DNA of 43,591 nt from an uncultured delta proteobacterium (GTDB taxonomy: Bacteria; Desulfobacterota; Desulfobacteria; Desulfobacterales; QNYZ01): contig CAWJQU010000010.1 of assembly GCA_963845145.1 (NCBI GenBank), positions 1 through 43,591 of the forward strand, read 5' to 3'. Positions 7,882 to 18,065 of the stretch are shown here, in pieces. The translations under genes and the position numbers were made by a program. Each line of letters opens with the position of its first letter. Positions within the stretch are counted from its first letter, which is position 1. The notes under the pieces were generated by a model. It worked only from the letters and a program-made list of their open reading frames with translations. It made no database searches and had not been told where the DNA came from.

Positions 7882-10542
7882 ATGGGGTCAGATACACTCG
7901 CCAAAGGCTATGAGCCAAAAGATGTGGAAAAACGGTGGTATGATTTTTGGGAAAAGGAGCGGATGTTTGCCGCCGCCGAAACCAGTGACCGACCGGCCTA
8001 CGCTATCGTTATTCCGCCGCCCAATGTGACCGGTGTGCTCCACATGGGGCATGCCCTGAATATCACGTTGCAGGATATCCTCTGCCGGTATCGTCGGCTG
8101 CGGGGAGACAACGTGCTATGGATGCCCGGAACGGATCATGCGGGTATCGCCACCCAGAACGTCGTAGAGCGCAAGCTGCATGAAGATGGACAGAGCCGTC
8201 ACGAACTCGGCCGGGATAAGTTTATCGAACAGGTCTGGAAGTGGCGCAAACAGTACGGCAGTGCGATCATCAATCAGCTGAAACGGATCGGGGCATCCTG
8301 CGACTGGGAGCGGGAACGCTTTACCATGGACGAAGGGCTTTCCCGGGCCGTTCGTAAGGTATTTGTCGCCCTTTATCAGCAGGATTTGATTTACAAGGGG
8401 AATTACATCATTAATTGGTGTCACCGTTGCCATACGGCCCTGTCCGATTTAGAAGTTGAACATGAAGATATTGAAGGCCGGCTCTATCATATTCGATATC
8501 CGTTTCCAGATGGAAACGGGGGTATTGTGGTGGCTACCACGCGACCCGAAACCATGTTGGGCGACACCGCTGTGGCGGTTAACCCCGATGACGAGCGCTA
8601 CTTTGATATGGCGCATGAGGCGGTTATTTTGCCGTTGATGGAGCGGCAGATTCCCATCATTCGTGACCGATATGTAGATATGTCTTTTGGTACCGGTGGA
8701 TTAAAAGTGACACCTGCCCATGATCCGAATGACTTTGAAATCGGCCGCCGCCACGATTTGGCCATTGAAAAGGTGATCGGTGAAGACGGATGCATGACCG
8801 CTGCGGCGGGGCGCTTTGAGGGAATGGATCGCTTTGATTGCCGCAAGGCTGTGGTTGACGCACTAAAAGAAGAAGACCTGCTGATCAAGATTGAACCCCA
8901 TGATCATAGTGTTGGCCACTGCTACCGTTGCCATTCGATCGTAGAGCCGAATCTGTCCAAGCAATGGTTCGTCAAAACCAAACCACTGGCGGAGAAAGCG
9001 GCTGCCGCGGTTAAGGAGGGCCAAACCCACATCGTTCCCACCACCTGGAACAAGTCCTATTTTAACTGGATGGATAACATTCGCGACTGGTGTATTTCGC
9101 GCCAGATCTGGTGGGGGCACCAGATTCCCGCGTGGACGTGCGATGATTGTGGAGAGGTTATTGTTGCCGAGGAGGCCCCATTACGATGTTCTGCCTGCGA
9201 TAGTGAAAAACTGGTTCAGGAAACGGATGTGCTCGACACCTGGTTCAGCTCCGCCCTCTGGCCTTTCTCCACCATGGGCTGGCCGGATAAAACACCGCTG
9301 CTGGAAACATTTTATCCCACCGCCGTACTGGTGACCGGCTTTGATATTCTCTTTTTCTGGGTTGCCCGCATGATGATGATGGGGATCCATTTTATGGATG
9401 ATATCCCCTTTAAGGATGTTTACGTGCATGCCCTGGTCCGGGACAAGCATGGGGATAAGATGAGCAAGTCCAAGGGCAACGTCATCGACCCATTGACCGT
9501 CATGGATGAGTTCGGCACGGACGCATTCAGGTATACGCTGGCCGCCTTTGCCGCCCAGGGGCGTGACATTCGAATGGATGAAAAAAGGGTGGAAGGCTAC
9601 CGGCATTTCATTAACAAAATATGGAATGCGGCCCGGTTTGCCCTGATGCATATCGATGCGGAACAAACCCCCATTGAACGGAAAAATTTAAACCTGCCGG
9701 ATCGCTGGATTCTTTCGCGACTCAACAGCGTCACCGCCGACGTCGGGAACGGACTGGACGAATACCGTTTTAACGATGCCGCCGGATCCTTATATCGGTT
9801 TATCTGGCATGAACTCTGTGATTGGTATTTGGAAGCGATTAAGCCGGCCCTTTACGGAGATGCCGGAGAAAAACAGAAAGCGGTGACACGGCAGGTTCTG
9901 GCGAACGTGCTCAAGGATACGCTCATCTTGTTGCACCCCTTTGCACCTTTTGTCAGCGAAGAGATCTGGCACAAGCTTCCCCAAACCCAAGGCTCGGTGA
10001 TGTGCGCCGTATTTCCGGATGCAACCGGTGATGGCGTAGTGGCTCGAGACCCAGGGGCCGAAGTGGAAATGGATCTGATTACGGGAATTATCAGCGCGGT
10101 TCGCAATATTCGTGGGGAAATGAACATCTCGCCGGCGGTCAAACTTCATACCGTGATTCAATCTGACGATGACCCAACCTTGGATCGTCTCACGCGAAAT
10201 CAGGATTTGATCACCGAGCTGGCCCGACTCAAAGCATTGACCGTTGAAACGGTCGGCAAGCGCCCGGAAACGGCTGCGGTCGCCGTGGTTGCTGAGGTGA
10301 CATTGTATGTATCGCTGGCCGGCGTCATCGATTTTGATAAGGAGATTTCACGACTCGAAAAAGCCGTGGCAAAAATCGACAAGGAAATGATGGGCCTTAC
10401 CAAGAAACTGGACAACCCGAGCTATGTGGAAAAAGCCCCCGCCGATATTGTCGCCAAAAGTCGCGATAAACATGCCGATCTGATGGCGAGGCAACAAAAG
10501 CTGGTGGATAACCTTGACCGAATTCGATCCCTGGCAGGTTGA
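7882..10542 (+). CDS. valS: Valine--tRNA ligase
   Basis: PPPNVTGVLHMGH, DWCISRQIWWGH, KMSKS, C-terminal coiled coil. Confidence 0.99.
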   Translation: MGSDTLAKGYEPKDVEKRWYDFWEKERMFAAAETSDRPAYAIVIPPPNVTGVLHMGHALNITLQDILCRYRRLRGDNVLWMPGTDHAGIATQNVVERKLHEDGQSRHELGRDKFIEQVWKWRKQYGSAIINQLKRIGASCDWERERFTMDEGLSRAVRKVFVALYQQDLIYKGNYIINWCHRCHTALSDLEVEHEDIEGRLYHIRYPFPDGNGGIVVATTRPETMLGDTAVAVNPDDERYFDMAHEAVILPLMERQIPIIRDRYVDMSFGTGGLKVTPAHDPNDFEIGRRHDLAIEKVIGEDGCMTAAAGRFEGMDRFDCRKAVVDALKEEDLLIKIEPHDHSVGHCYRCHSIVEPNLSKQWFVKTKPLAEKAAAAVKEGQTHIVPTTWNKSYFNWMDNIRDWCISRQIWWGHQIPAWTCDDCGEVIVAEEAPLRCSACDSEKLVQETDVLDTWFSSALWPFSTMGWPDKTPLLETFYPTAVLVTGFDILFFWVARMMMMGIHFMDDIPFKDVYVHALVRDKHGDKMSKSKGNVIDPLTVMDEFGTDAFRYTLAAFAAQGRDIRMDEKRVEGYRHFINKIWNAARFALMHIDAEQTPIERKNLNLPDRWILSRLNSVTADVGNGLDEYRFNDAAGSLYRFIWHELCDWYLEAIKPALYGDAGEKQKAVTRQVLANVLKDTLILLHPFAPFVSEEIWHKLPQTQGSVMCAVFPDATGDGVVARDPGAEVEMDLITGIISAVRNIRGEMNISPAVKLHTVIQSDDDPTLDRLTRNQDLITELARLKALTVETVGKRPETAAVAVVAEVTLYVSLAGVIDFDKEISRLEKAVAKIDKEMMGLTKKLDNPSYVEKAPADIVAKSRDKHADLMARQQKLVDNLDRIRSLAG

Positions 10543-10663
10543 CGGGACGAATAGCGGGTTAGGGGCTGATGCGGGAAATCTACCGCATTTTTCTGGCACA
10601 TTTTTCCGGCCTCCGCATTTTCCCGGGGACAGGTGGGTTAACAACTCCCAGTCAGGGTGATAT

Positions 10664-11686
10664 GTGATAGTTCCCATTCGTGATACGATCCCTTCCCGTA
10701 ACTACCCGGTGGTCACCACAGCCATCATCGGGATCAATGTGCTTATCTACTTATTGCAACTCACCGCCGGTGGAGAAGGGGGGCGGCTGGTCTATATATA
10801 CGGCCTGGTGCCCGCGCGGTACACGGATCCGCAATTGTCCGGGTATTTCACCTGGATTCAACAGGCCTTTTCTTTTTTCAGCTTTATGTTTTTGCACGGC
10901 GGATTTTTACACCTGTTGGGCAATATGTGGTCGTTATGGATATTTGGCGACAATGTGGAGGATCGCCTGGGTCCATTGCGGTATTTGGTGTTTTACCTGG
11001 CCTGCGGCCTGGCCTCGGGTCTGTCCCATTTGATTTTGAATATCGGATCAAACGTGCCGACTATTGGGGCAAGCGGCGCGATCGCCGGTGTGATGGGGGC
11101 CTACTTTATTTTGTACCCCCGCGCTAAAATATTGACGCTGGTCTTGATCCTTATCGTTGAAATTCCGGCCTACTTCTTCCTTGGTTTCTGGTTTTTAATG
11201 CAGTTTTTCAGCGCTGCAGCCAGTAGCGGCACAGGTGGGGGTATTGCCTGGTGGGCCCATATTGGCGGATTCATTTTTGGGATTCTTTTATTAAAGCTTT
11301 TCGATCAACTTCCCCATACCGGCGCTTCAAGCGTCATATCAAACGCCACTATTAAAAAGCATTCCGATAGGCTACAGGTCATTCGCCCAATCCCTGTCGA
11401 CGACCGCGATCCCAATCTTTACGGTATCCTTGAGGTGACGCCCATAGAAGCCCTTCGCGGCGCCATTAAGATCGTCAATATTCCCTGGGGATTTCAAAAA
11501 CGGTTAATCAAGGTAACGGTGCCGGCCGGTATTGAAGTCGGTAAACAGTTGCGGTTGAAAGGGCAGGGCAAGCTCATGCCGGATGGCCGGCGGGGCGATT
11601 TGCTGTTGCAGGTGAATTTTCGGTCTAATCTCGAAGGGTCAGTTGATACGATTGAATCATCCGAATCGGATGGTAGGATTTTTTAG
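10664..11686 (+). CDS. Rhomboid intramembrane serine protease fused to a DnaJ C-terminal-like domain
   Basis: FLHGGFLHLLGNM, catalytic GASG and WAHIGG; C-terminus EALRG...VTVPAGI..GKQLRLKGQG...GDLLLQV. Confidence 0.9.
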   Translation: MIVPIRDTIPSRNYPVVTTAIIGINVLIYLLQLTAGGEGGRLVYIYGLVPARYTDPQLSGYFTWIQQAFSFFSFMFLHGGFLHLLGNMWSLWIFGDNVEDRLGPLRYLVFYLACGLASGLSHLILNIGSNVPTIGASGAIAGVMGAYFILYPRAKILTLVLILIVEIPAYFFLGFWFLMQFFSAAASSGTGGGIAWWAHIGGFIFGILLLKLFDQLPHTGASSVISNATIKKHSDRLQVIRPIPVDDRDPNLYGILEVTPIEALRGAIKIVNIPWGFQKRLIKVTVPAGIEVGKQLRLKGQGKLMPDGRRGDLLLQVNFRSNLEGSVDTIESSESDGRIF

Positions 11687-12539
11687 CCCTGGCAAGGTTG
11701 GGTTCGCCCATATCGCTCTCTTTGTTGATAAATGTCTCGGTCGTAAAGAGACGCCGGGCGCATTCTTTGTCAAAATATTGGTATAAGCCCTTCATTTTCG
11801 TAAAGGCCTTCTCGAAATGGAGCACACCCATATCGTCTGTTAAATAGGCGCCGATACCAAAGGCACAAACCTTACCGTCGATGCGCAGCAACAGGCCGTT
11901 CGCTTCAAGGGCGTCTAAGTTCCAGATGGCATTGAGAACGGCCTGTTTCTCGCAGGCCATTTCACTTTGCGCGTCGGCATCGCACTCACGCTCTAGACAC
12001 CAGGCCTCAATAAATTCGACGCATTCATCCGCGGACCCGGCTGTGACTTTTTCAATGCGAGCGCGGTTGCTGTTTACGTATTCCCGCTCAAATTGCTTGA
12101 TCAGGTTTCGTTTTTTTGAAAACCGATTACCGCGAAGATTTGCCAAATCTTTCCGGCGGTAAATATAGTCATCATATTCCGGTTGCGGTTCGATCGTGAA
12201 ATAGGACCGAATCGTCGCATCACCGTGTTTTTTAATATAGCTGTCCGGAACAAACCAATACCTGTTGTATCCGGCCGAGTGAGCCAAACCGTGTAAGGCT
12301 TGGGGCGGATATTCTTTTTTTGGCGACACCGGCAAAAGGAGATATCGTTTTTCCGGATGTCGGGCAAAATCCGCACTGATGATGAGGGTGTCGTCTTTAA
12401 TGGCCGCCAAAGGACGGTACGCGTCATTCTGCCAGACAATGACGGATAGCAATGAGTAGGAACACAAATCATGGGGTTGGTGTTTAAAAAAGGGTTTAAA
12501 CCGTGAATGGTCGGCCGGTGTTAAGGGGTCAAAGATCAT
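11625..12539 (-). CDS. DUF2156 / aminoacyl-phosphatidylglycerol-synthase C-terminal-like protein (stand-alone)
   Basis: DYIY...LRGNRFSKKRN, HFEKA, GLYQ, INKESDMGEPNLARAKKSYHP. Confidence 0.8.
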   Translation of the reverse strand: MIFDPLTPADHSRFKPFFKHQPHDLCSYSLLSVIVWQNDAYRPLAAIKDDTLIISADFARHPEKRYLLLPVSPKKEYPPQALHGLAHSAGYNRYWFVPDSYIKKHGDATIRSYFTIEPQPEYDDYIYRRKDLANLRGNRFSKKRNLIKQFEREYVNSNRARIEKVTAGSADECVEFIEAWCLERECDADAQSEMACEKQAVLNAIWNLDALEANGLLLRIDGKVCAFGIGAYLTDDMGVLHFEKAFTKMKGLYQYFDKECARRLFTTETFINKESDMGEPNLARAKKSYHPIRMIQSYQLTLRD

Positions 12540-12964
12540 GAAATTAATTTTAGCATGGGCGTGGCATTGGGCATGGGTTTAAAGCCGAGGGGCTCGTAAA
12601 AAGCGTGGGTATCTCTTTCGGCGATCAAACCGAGCCATTTTAATCCGTCGGCCTCGACCTGTTCCGCCAGGCGTTTAACGATCTGACTGCCAATTCCCTT
12701 TTTACGGTGGGTGGCCTTCACGGTGATGTCCTGAATGTACGCATCGCTTTCGCCATCGCTTATCGCCCGGCCCATGCCGATGTATTCATCATTTATCTCA
12801 GCCACCATAAAACAGTGGCTACCGGCTACCATTCGTCGAACATGGCCCCGGTCGTTATGGGGACTTTCCCACCATCCGGCCTCACGATAAAGGGTGATCA
12901 GTTGATCTATGCGCGTGTCGGGGATAGGGTGGGCCTGGGACGAGAGGAACAAATAGTCGGTCAT
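12536..12964 (-). CDS. GNAT family N-acetyltransferase
   Basis: IGMGRAISDG, YIQDITV, HRKKGIG acetyl-CoA loop, FYEPLGF. Confidence 0.9.
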   Translation of the reverse strand: MTDYLFLSSQAHPIPDTRIDQLITLYREAGWWESPHNDRGHVRRMVAGSHCFMVAEINDEYIGMGRAISDGESDAYIQDITVKATHRKKGIGSQIVKRLAEQVEADGLKWLGLIAERDTHAFYEPLGFKPMPNATPMLKLIS

Positions 12965-13908
12965 TGGGGGTTCGATTGCGGTTTTATCTCATCGTCAGCG
13001 GATAGAATCGTCACTTTGTTACGACCATTTTCCTTGGAGAGGTACATGGCCTGGTCAGCCCTTTTAACAAAAAGTTCAGTGGCATCGCCGTGGCGGTATT
13101 CGGTCACACCGATACTGATGGTGATATGGGTCGTTTCATCCTGACGTGGCTTAAAGGTTAGGTTGGCCACCGATTCTTTGATCCGATTGGCCACGGTCAT
13201 CGCTTCATTACAAGTGGTTTGGGGCAAAAGAACGGTGAATTCCTCACCGCCATAGCGGTAAGCGGTATCCATGCTTCGCAAGCAGGCTTGAATCGCTTCG
13301 CCCAGCGCGAACAATACCTTATTCCCCTCCAGATGGCCGTAATTATCATTGTAATTTTTAAAAAAATCGATGTCGAGCAAAAGAAGGGAGAGCGGTGTCT
13401 GGTATCGCCGTGACCGGTTGATTTCGTCTCTTACGCGTTGGTAAAAATGGCGGGAGTTAAATAATTTGGTCAAATCGTCCGTGATGGCCAGTCGCTTTAG
13501 TTCTTCCAGGATGATTTTACGTTCCGTGCGCATCCGTTGTTCGGACAATGTCCTTTCAATCCGAAGTTGCAGCTCTTCGGCCCGAAAGGGTTTGACCACC
13601 ATGTCACTGGCGCCTTTCCGTACGGCCTCTTCATAGGAAAACTCGCGTCCGTGCCCGGTCATAATAATGATATCGATATTCGGGTGTTTTTGTTTGATTT
13701 TAGCTGCGAGTTCAAGCCCGCTGATGCCGGGCAAAATAATGTCGGCAACCACGATCTGAATCGTGTTGTTTTCAATGATTTCAAGGGCCTCTTCAGAACT
13801 ACCGGTAGAGATACACTTAAAACCTTTGGCAACCAGGAAATCGATTAAAAAGTTTCTGATATCCTTGTTGTCATCAACGATGAGAATATGCGTGCCCAAT
13901 GGCCTCAA
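12961..13908 (-). CDS. Response-regulator diguanylate cyclase (REC-GGDEF)
   Basis: REC motifs ILIVDD, DIILPG, MTG, KP; TDDLT linker; RSMD I-site before GGEEF. Start codon (TTG) uncertain. Confidence 0.93.
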   Translation of the reverse strand: MRPLGTHILIVDDNKDIRNFLIDFLVAKGFKCISTGSSEEALEIIENNTIQIVVADIILPGISGLELAAKIKQKHPNIDIIIMTGHGREFSYEEAVRKGASDMVVKPFRAEELQLRIERTLSEQRMRTERKIILEELKRLAITDDLTKLFNSRHFYQRVRDEINRSRRYQTPLSLLLLDIDFFKNYNDNYGHLEGNKVLFALGEAIQACLRSMDTAYRYGGEEFTVLLPQTTCNEAMTVANRIKESVANLTFKPRQDETTHITISIGVTEYRHGDATELFVKRADQAMYLSKENGRNKVTILSADDEIKPQSNPQ

Positions 13909-14120
13909 TCCATGTAAATTAAATAGCCAAGTATCTCACTGTAATTGAAAGATACCCATTTCGACCAAAATGTATTAACATTTCTCTTTATCAAAAATTT
14001 GTATCGAAGACCATAGCACAATGATCATTTTTATTGAAGTCTCGCAAGTTCCTGATATAAGAAAACGGCTTTTTCAAATTAACCGCAACACTAAAAAATG
14101 GTTACAGATAGTCACATCCT

Positions 14121-15917
14121 ATGAAAAACATACGCAATTTTAGTATCATCGCCCACATCGACCATGGCAAATCGACCTTGTCCGACCGACTCATTCAGGC
14201 TAGCGGCATGGTTTCCGACCGTGATTTTCAAAATCAAATCCTGGATACGATGGATATTGAGCGGGAGCGGGGGATTACGATCAAAAGTCAGACCATCTGT
14301 CTCCCCCATATCACTCCCGGCGGCGAGAATTATGCCCTGAATTTAATCGATACACCCGGCCATGTGGATTTTTCCTATGAAGTCTCCCGGGCCCTGGCTT
14401 CCTGCGAAGGGGCGTTGCTTTTAATTGATGCCAGCCAGGGGGTGGAAGCCCAGACCCTGGCCAATTTTTATCTGGCCCTAGAAGATGACCTTGAGATTAT
14501 TCCGGTGGTCAACAAAATTGATCTGCCTTCGGCGGACATCGAACGGGTGAAAAGGCAGATAGAGAAAGACCTGGGGTTGGATCCCAGCGAGGCCATTTTG
14601 GTGTCGGCCAAAGAGGGCACCGGGGTCAAGGAGGTGCTGGAGGGGGTCGTCAACCGCCTGCCAGCGCCCCAAGGAGACCCGCAGGCGCCTTTGCGGGCCT
14701 TGATTTTCGACAGTCATTATGACCCGTTTCGAGGTACGGTGGTCCATTTTCGAATTTTTGACGGGACCGTCAAGCCGGGGGACTGGGTCCGCTTTATGTC
14801 CAATAACGCACTGCACAAGGTTGAGGAGGTGGGGTTTTTCCGGTTAAAAAGAGAACCGGCCCGGATCCTATCGGCCGGCGAGGTCGGTTACCTGATTGCC
14901 GGTATTAAAACGGTGAGCGACACACGCTGCGGTGACACGGTAACGCACCGGGATCGGGCGTGCGATGGCCCCATGCCGGGGTTTAAGCAAGCCAAGCCGG
15001 TTGTTTTCTCTTCAATCTATCCGGTTGCGTCGGACGATTACGAAGACTTGACCGTCGGGCTGGAAAAACTGGCATTAAATGATGCGTCCCTGGTTTACGA
15101 AAAGGATTCATCAGTGGCGCTCGGGTTTGGTTTCCGTTGCGGTTTTCTTGGTTTGCTCCACCTTGAAGTCGTGCAGGAACGGCTCGAACGCGAATACGAT
15201 CTTTCATTGATTCTGACGGCACCGTCCGTCGGATACGAGATTATTTTTAATGACGGTACCACCGAGGCCATCGACAATCCCGCGCTGTTTCCGGACCCGA
15301 CGGATATTCTGGCCTGTAAAGAGCCGTTTATTCGCGCGGCCATTATCATTCCCGACCGGTATATGGGGGTGGTGATGAAATTGTGCCTGGATCGTCGCGG
15401 GATCAACAAAAACTACCAATACCTCACCAGCGAACGGCTCGAAATGATTTTTGAGTTGCCCCTGGCGGAGGTGGTTTACGATTTTTACGACAAGCTGAAG
15501 TCGGTGACCCAAGGGTATGGATCGTTTGATTACGACCTCATCGATTACCGGGAAACCGACCTGGTGAAACTCGACATCCTCATCAACGGCGATAAAGTTG
15601 ATGCGCTGTCCCAACTGGTACACCGGGAAAGAGCCGTGGAAAGGGCGCGCTCGGCCTGTACCAAGCTCAGAGATGAAATTCCCCGCCAAATGTTTAAAAT
15701 CGCCATTCAGGGCGCCATTGGGGGAAACGTTATTGCCCGCAAAACGGTTTCGGCTTTTCGCAAGGATGTGACTGCCAAATGTTACGGCGGCGATATATCC
15801 CGCAAACGGAAATTATTGGAGAAGCAAAAGAAGGGGAAAAAACGGATGAAGATGGTCGGTAAGGTGGAGATTCCCCAACAGGCTTTTCTGTCCGTTCTCA
15901 AGAGCGATTCGGATTAG
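14121..15917 (+). CDS. lepA: Elongation factor 4
   Basis: IRNFSIIAHIDHGKSTL, DTPGHVDF, KCYGGDISRKRKLLEKQK. Confidence 0.99.
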   Translation: MKNIRNFSIIAHIDHGKSTLSDRLIQASGMVSDRDFQNQILDTMDIERERGITIKSQTICLPHITPGGENYALNLIDTPGHVDFSYEVSRALASCEGALLLIDASQGVEAQTLANFYLALEDDLEIIPVVNKIDLPSADIERVKRQIEKDLGLDPSEAILVSAKEGTGVKEVLEGVVNRLPAPQGDPQAPLRALIFDSHYDPFRGTVVHFRIFDGTVKPGDWVRFMSNNALHKVEEVGFFRLKREPARILSAGEVGYLIAGIKTVSDTRCGDTVTHRDRACDGPMPGFKQAKPVVFSSIYPVASDDYEDLTVGLEKLALNDASLVYEKDSSVALGFGFRCGFLGLLHLEVVQERLEREYDLSLILTAPSVGYEIIFNDGTTEAIDNPALFPDPTDILACKEPFIRAAIIIPDRYMGVVMKLCLDRRGINKNYQYLTSERLEMIFELPLAEVVYDFYDKLKSVTQGYGSFDYDLIDYRETDLVKLDILINGDKVDALSQLVHRERAVERARSACTKLRDEIPRQMFKIAIQGAIGGNVIARKTVSAFRKDVTAKCYGGDISRKRKLLEKQKKGKKRMKMVGKVEIPQQAFLSVLKSDSD

Positions 15918-15928
15918 TCCGGTCAGCG

Positions 15929-15958
15929 AAACCGGTTTACGTATTGTGAACCGGTTTT
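15929..15958. terminator. Hairpin between convergent lepA and trmJ
   Basis: AAACCGGTTTAC-gtatt-GTGAACCGGTTTT. Confidence 0.65.
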
Positions 15959-15962
15959 ATTG

Positions 15963-16751
15963 CTATCCGCTGCTTTTTTCCGATATTTTCGCATTCAACT
16001 TTTCCGCCGCCTCCCGACCATCCTGAAAACATTTTTTCCCATACCAATCGATTTGGCGACAGATTCCACGGATGACGCTCACCTCACCGGACCGTAATTG
16101 GATACGGTTACCGAAACGGCGGACTTTATTCATCCAGTAGTCCGGATTTTCCTTATTGATGTGATCGATGCGGGTCAGAATCTCTTTCAGCGTTGCGTAC
16201 ATACCATCCAGTTCGTGGCGGGCCGCCAGTCTGGGTAGCGGTGTTGAAGGTTCTTGCATTCCGGCTTTGCGTACCTCGTAACACACCAGCATGACGGCCT
16301 GGGCCAGGTTGATGGAGGAAAAACCGGCGGTGGGGATATTGACGAGTATATGGCACAGGCGCAAGTCCGCGTTTGTCAGGCCGCGATCCTCAGGTCCGAA
16401 AAGCAGTGCCACGCGGTTATTTTCGGCCAGGGCCATGAGCCTATCGGCGGCCGTCGCGGGTGAAACCACAACGGGACGCTGCCGTCCCAATCGGGCTGTT
16501 GTGCCCACCACATATTGCATGTCGGCCAAGGCCTCGGCCAAATTGTCATATCGGGATATCCGGTCAACCACATCGGCGCCCTCGTGGGTGGCCAGCTTCA
16601 TGATCCGCTGAAGGTCGAAATTTTCCGGGTTGACAACCGACAAGCTACCGAGGCCCATGTTTCGCATGGCGCGGGCCACCGCGCCGATATTTTCAGGGTA
16701 GCGGGGGCCTTTGAGTACTACGGTGATGTTGTCGTGCTTTTTCTCTGACAT
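15963..16751 (-). CDS. trmJ: SPOUT tRNA/rRNA methyltransferase, TrmJ/LasT family
   Basis: ENIGAVARAMRNMG, GTTAR, LFGPEDRGLTN, SINLAQAV. Confidence 0.85.
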   Translation of the reverse strand: MSEKKHDNITVVLKGPRYPENIGAVARAMRNMGLGSLSVVNPENFDLQRIMKLATHEGADVVDRISRYDNLAEALADMQYVVGTTARLGRQRPVVVSPATAADRLMALAENNRVALLFGPEDRGLTNADLRLCHILVNIPTAGFSSINLAQAVMLVCYEVRKAGMQEPSTPLPRLAARHELDGMYATLKEILTRIDHINKENPDYWMNKVRRFGNRIQLRSGEVSVIRGICRQIDWYGKKCFQDGREAAEKLNAKISEKSSG

Positions 16752-16765
16752 TTTTCCACTATCGA

Positions 16766-17182
16766 CTATACGACGATCTCAAGCTCACTGAAAAAGTATT
16801 TGATTTCGGTGGCCGCCGTTTCCGGGGCATCCGAGCCATGGACCACGTTTTTTTCGATATCGGTCGCGAAGTCCCGCCGGATTGTCCCTTCGGCCGCTTC
16901 CTTATGATTGGTGGCGCCCATTAAATCCCGATAGCGGGAAATCGCCCCTTCGCCTTGAAGGACCATCACCATGCAGGGGCCTGATGACATGAAAGCCGTC
17001 AGGCTGCTGAAAAAAGGTTTATCTTTGTGAACGGCGTAAAACCCTTCAGCCTCTTTGAGCGACATGTGAATCAACTTGGCCGCGCAAATCTCCAGGTTGT
17101 TTTTTTCCAGACGGGAAATGACCTCCCCGATCAGACCGTTCCCAACCCCATCCGGCTTGATAATCGACAGTGTTCTTTCCAT
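16766..17182 (-). CDS. ndk: Nucleoside diphosphate kinase
   Basis: [17 protein letters not shown]. Confidence 0.98.
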   Translation of the reverse strand: MERTLSIIKPDGVGNGLIGEVISRLEKNNLEICAAKLIHMSLKEAEGFYAVHKDKPFFSSLTAFMSSGPCMVMVLQGEGAISRYRDLMGATNHKEAAEGTIRRDFATDIEKNVVHGSDAPETAATEIKYFFSELEIVV

Positions 17183-17430
17183 AGCTTGGCTTCCTTATTT
17201 ATTAATATTTATGAATTGAATGAATGGTTCGGCTGGATCTACCAGAAGGGGTATGTCAAGTCAAATCCCTGCCTTGACAGGGGGCATAAAAATAAGGCAA
17301 TACTGCCATGGATATGGGCTTACCGTCTGAAATAGGGGGGCAGGGGACTGGCGGTTGATTCGATAGACCCTCTCTTTTTCGGCCGGAAGGTGTTTGTAAC
17401 ATTTTTCAATCTTTCATGAAGGGGGGTATT

Positions 17431-18057
17431 GTGCCGGTAACCGTTGTGGATCATCCGTTGATCAAGCATAAACTGGGCCTGATGCGCGAAAAGGATGTAA
17501 GCGTCAAGGATTTTCGAGATTTGGCATCCGAGTTGGCCAGCCTGTTGACTTACGAGGCTACCAAGGACCTGGAGACCGAAATTCGAACGATTGAAGGTTG
17601 GGCCGGGATTGTAGAAGTCGAGCGGATCAAAGGCAAGAAAATTACCGTCGTTCCCATTTTGCGTGCCGGTCTGGGTATGATGGAGGGCGTGCTTGATCTG
17701 ATTCCATCAGCCAAGGTTAGCGTCGTTGGGCTTTACCGCAACGAAGAAACCCTGGAGCCTGTTCGTTACTACGTCAAGATGACCAGCCAGATGGAAGAGC
17801 GGATTGCACTTATCCTAGACCCCATGTTGGCCACGGGCGGCACGCTGATGGCCACGATCGATTTAATCAAGGAATCCGGTTGCAACAAAATCAAAGGTAT
17901 TTTTGTTGTGGCTGCCCCCGAGGGAATCAAGCGGGTTGAAGAGGCCCATCCGGATGTGGATATTTTTGTGGCGGCCATCGATGAAAAATTAAATGAAGTG
18001 GGCTACATTCTACCCGGTCTGGGGGATGCCGGAGACAAGATTTTCGGTACGAAATAA
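17431..18057 (+). CDS. upp: Uracil phosphoribosyltransferase
   Basis: [38 protein letters not shown] start after a G-rich RBS. Confidence 0.98.
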   Translation: MPVTVVDHPLIKHKLGLMREKDVSVKDFRDLASELASLLTYEATKDLETEIRTIEGWAGIVEVERIKGKKITVVPILRAGLGMMEGVLDLIPSAKVSVVGLYRNEETLEPVRYYVKMTSQMEERIALILDPMLATGGTLMATIDLIKESGCNKIKGIFVVAAPEGIKRVEEAHPDVDIFVAAIDEKLNEVGYILPGLGDAGDKIFGTK

Positions 18058-18065
18058 CCGACCGC

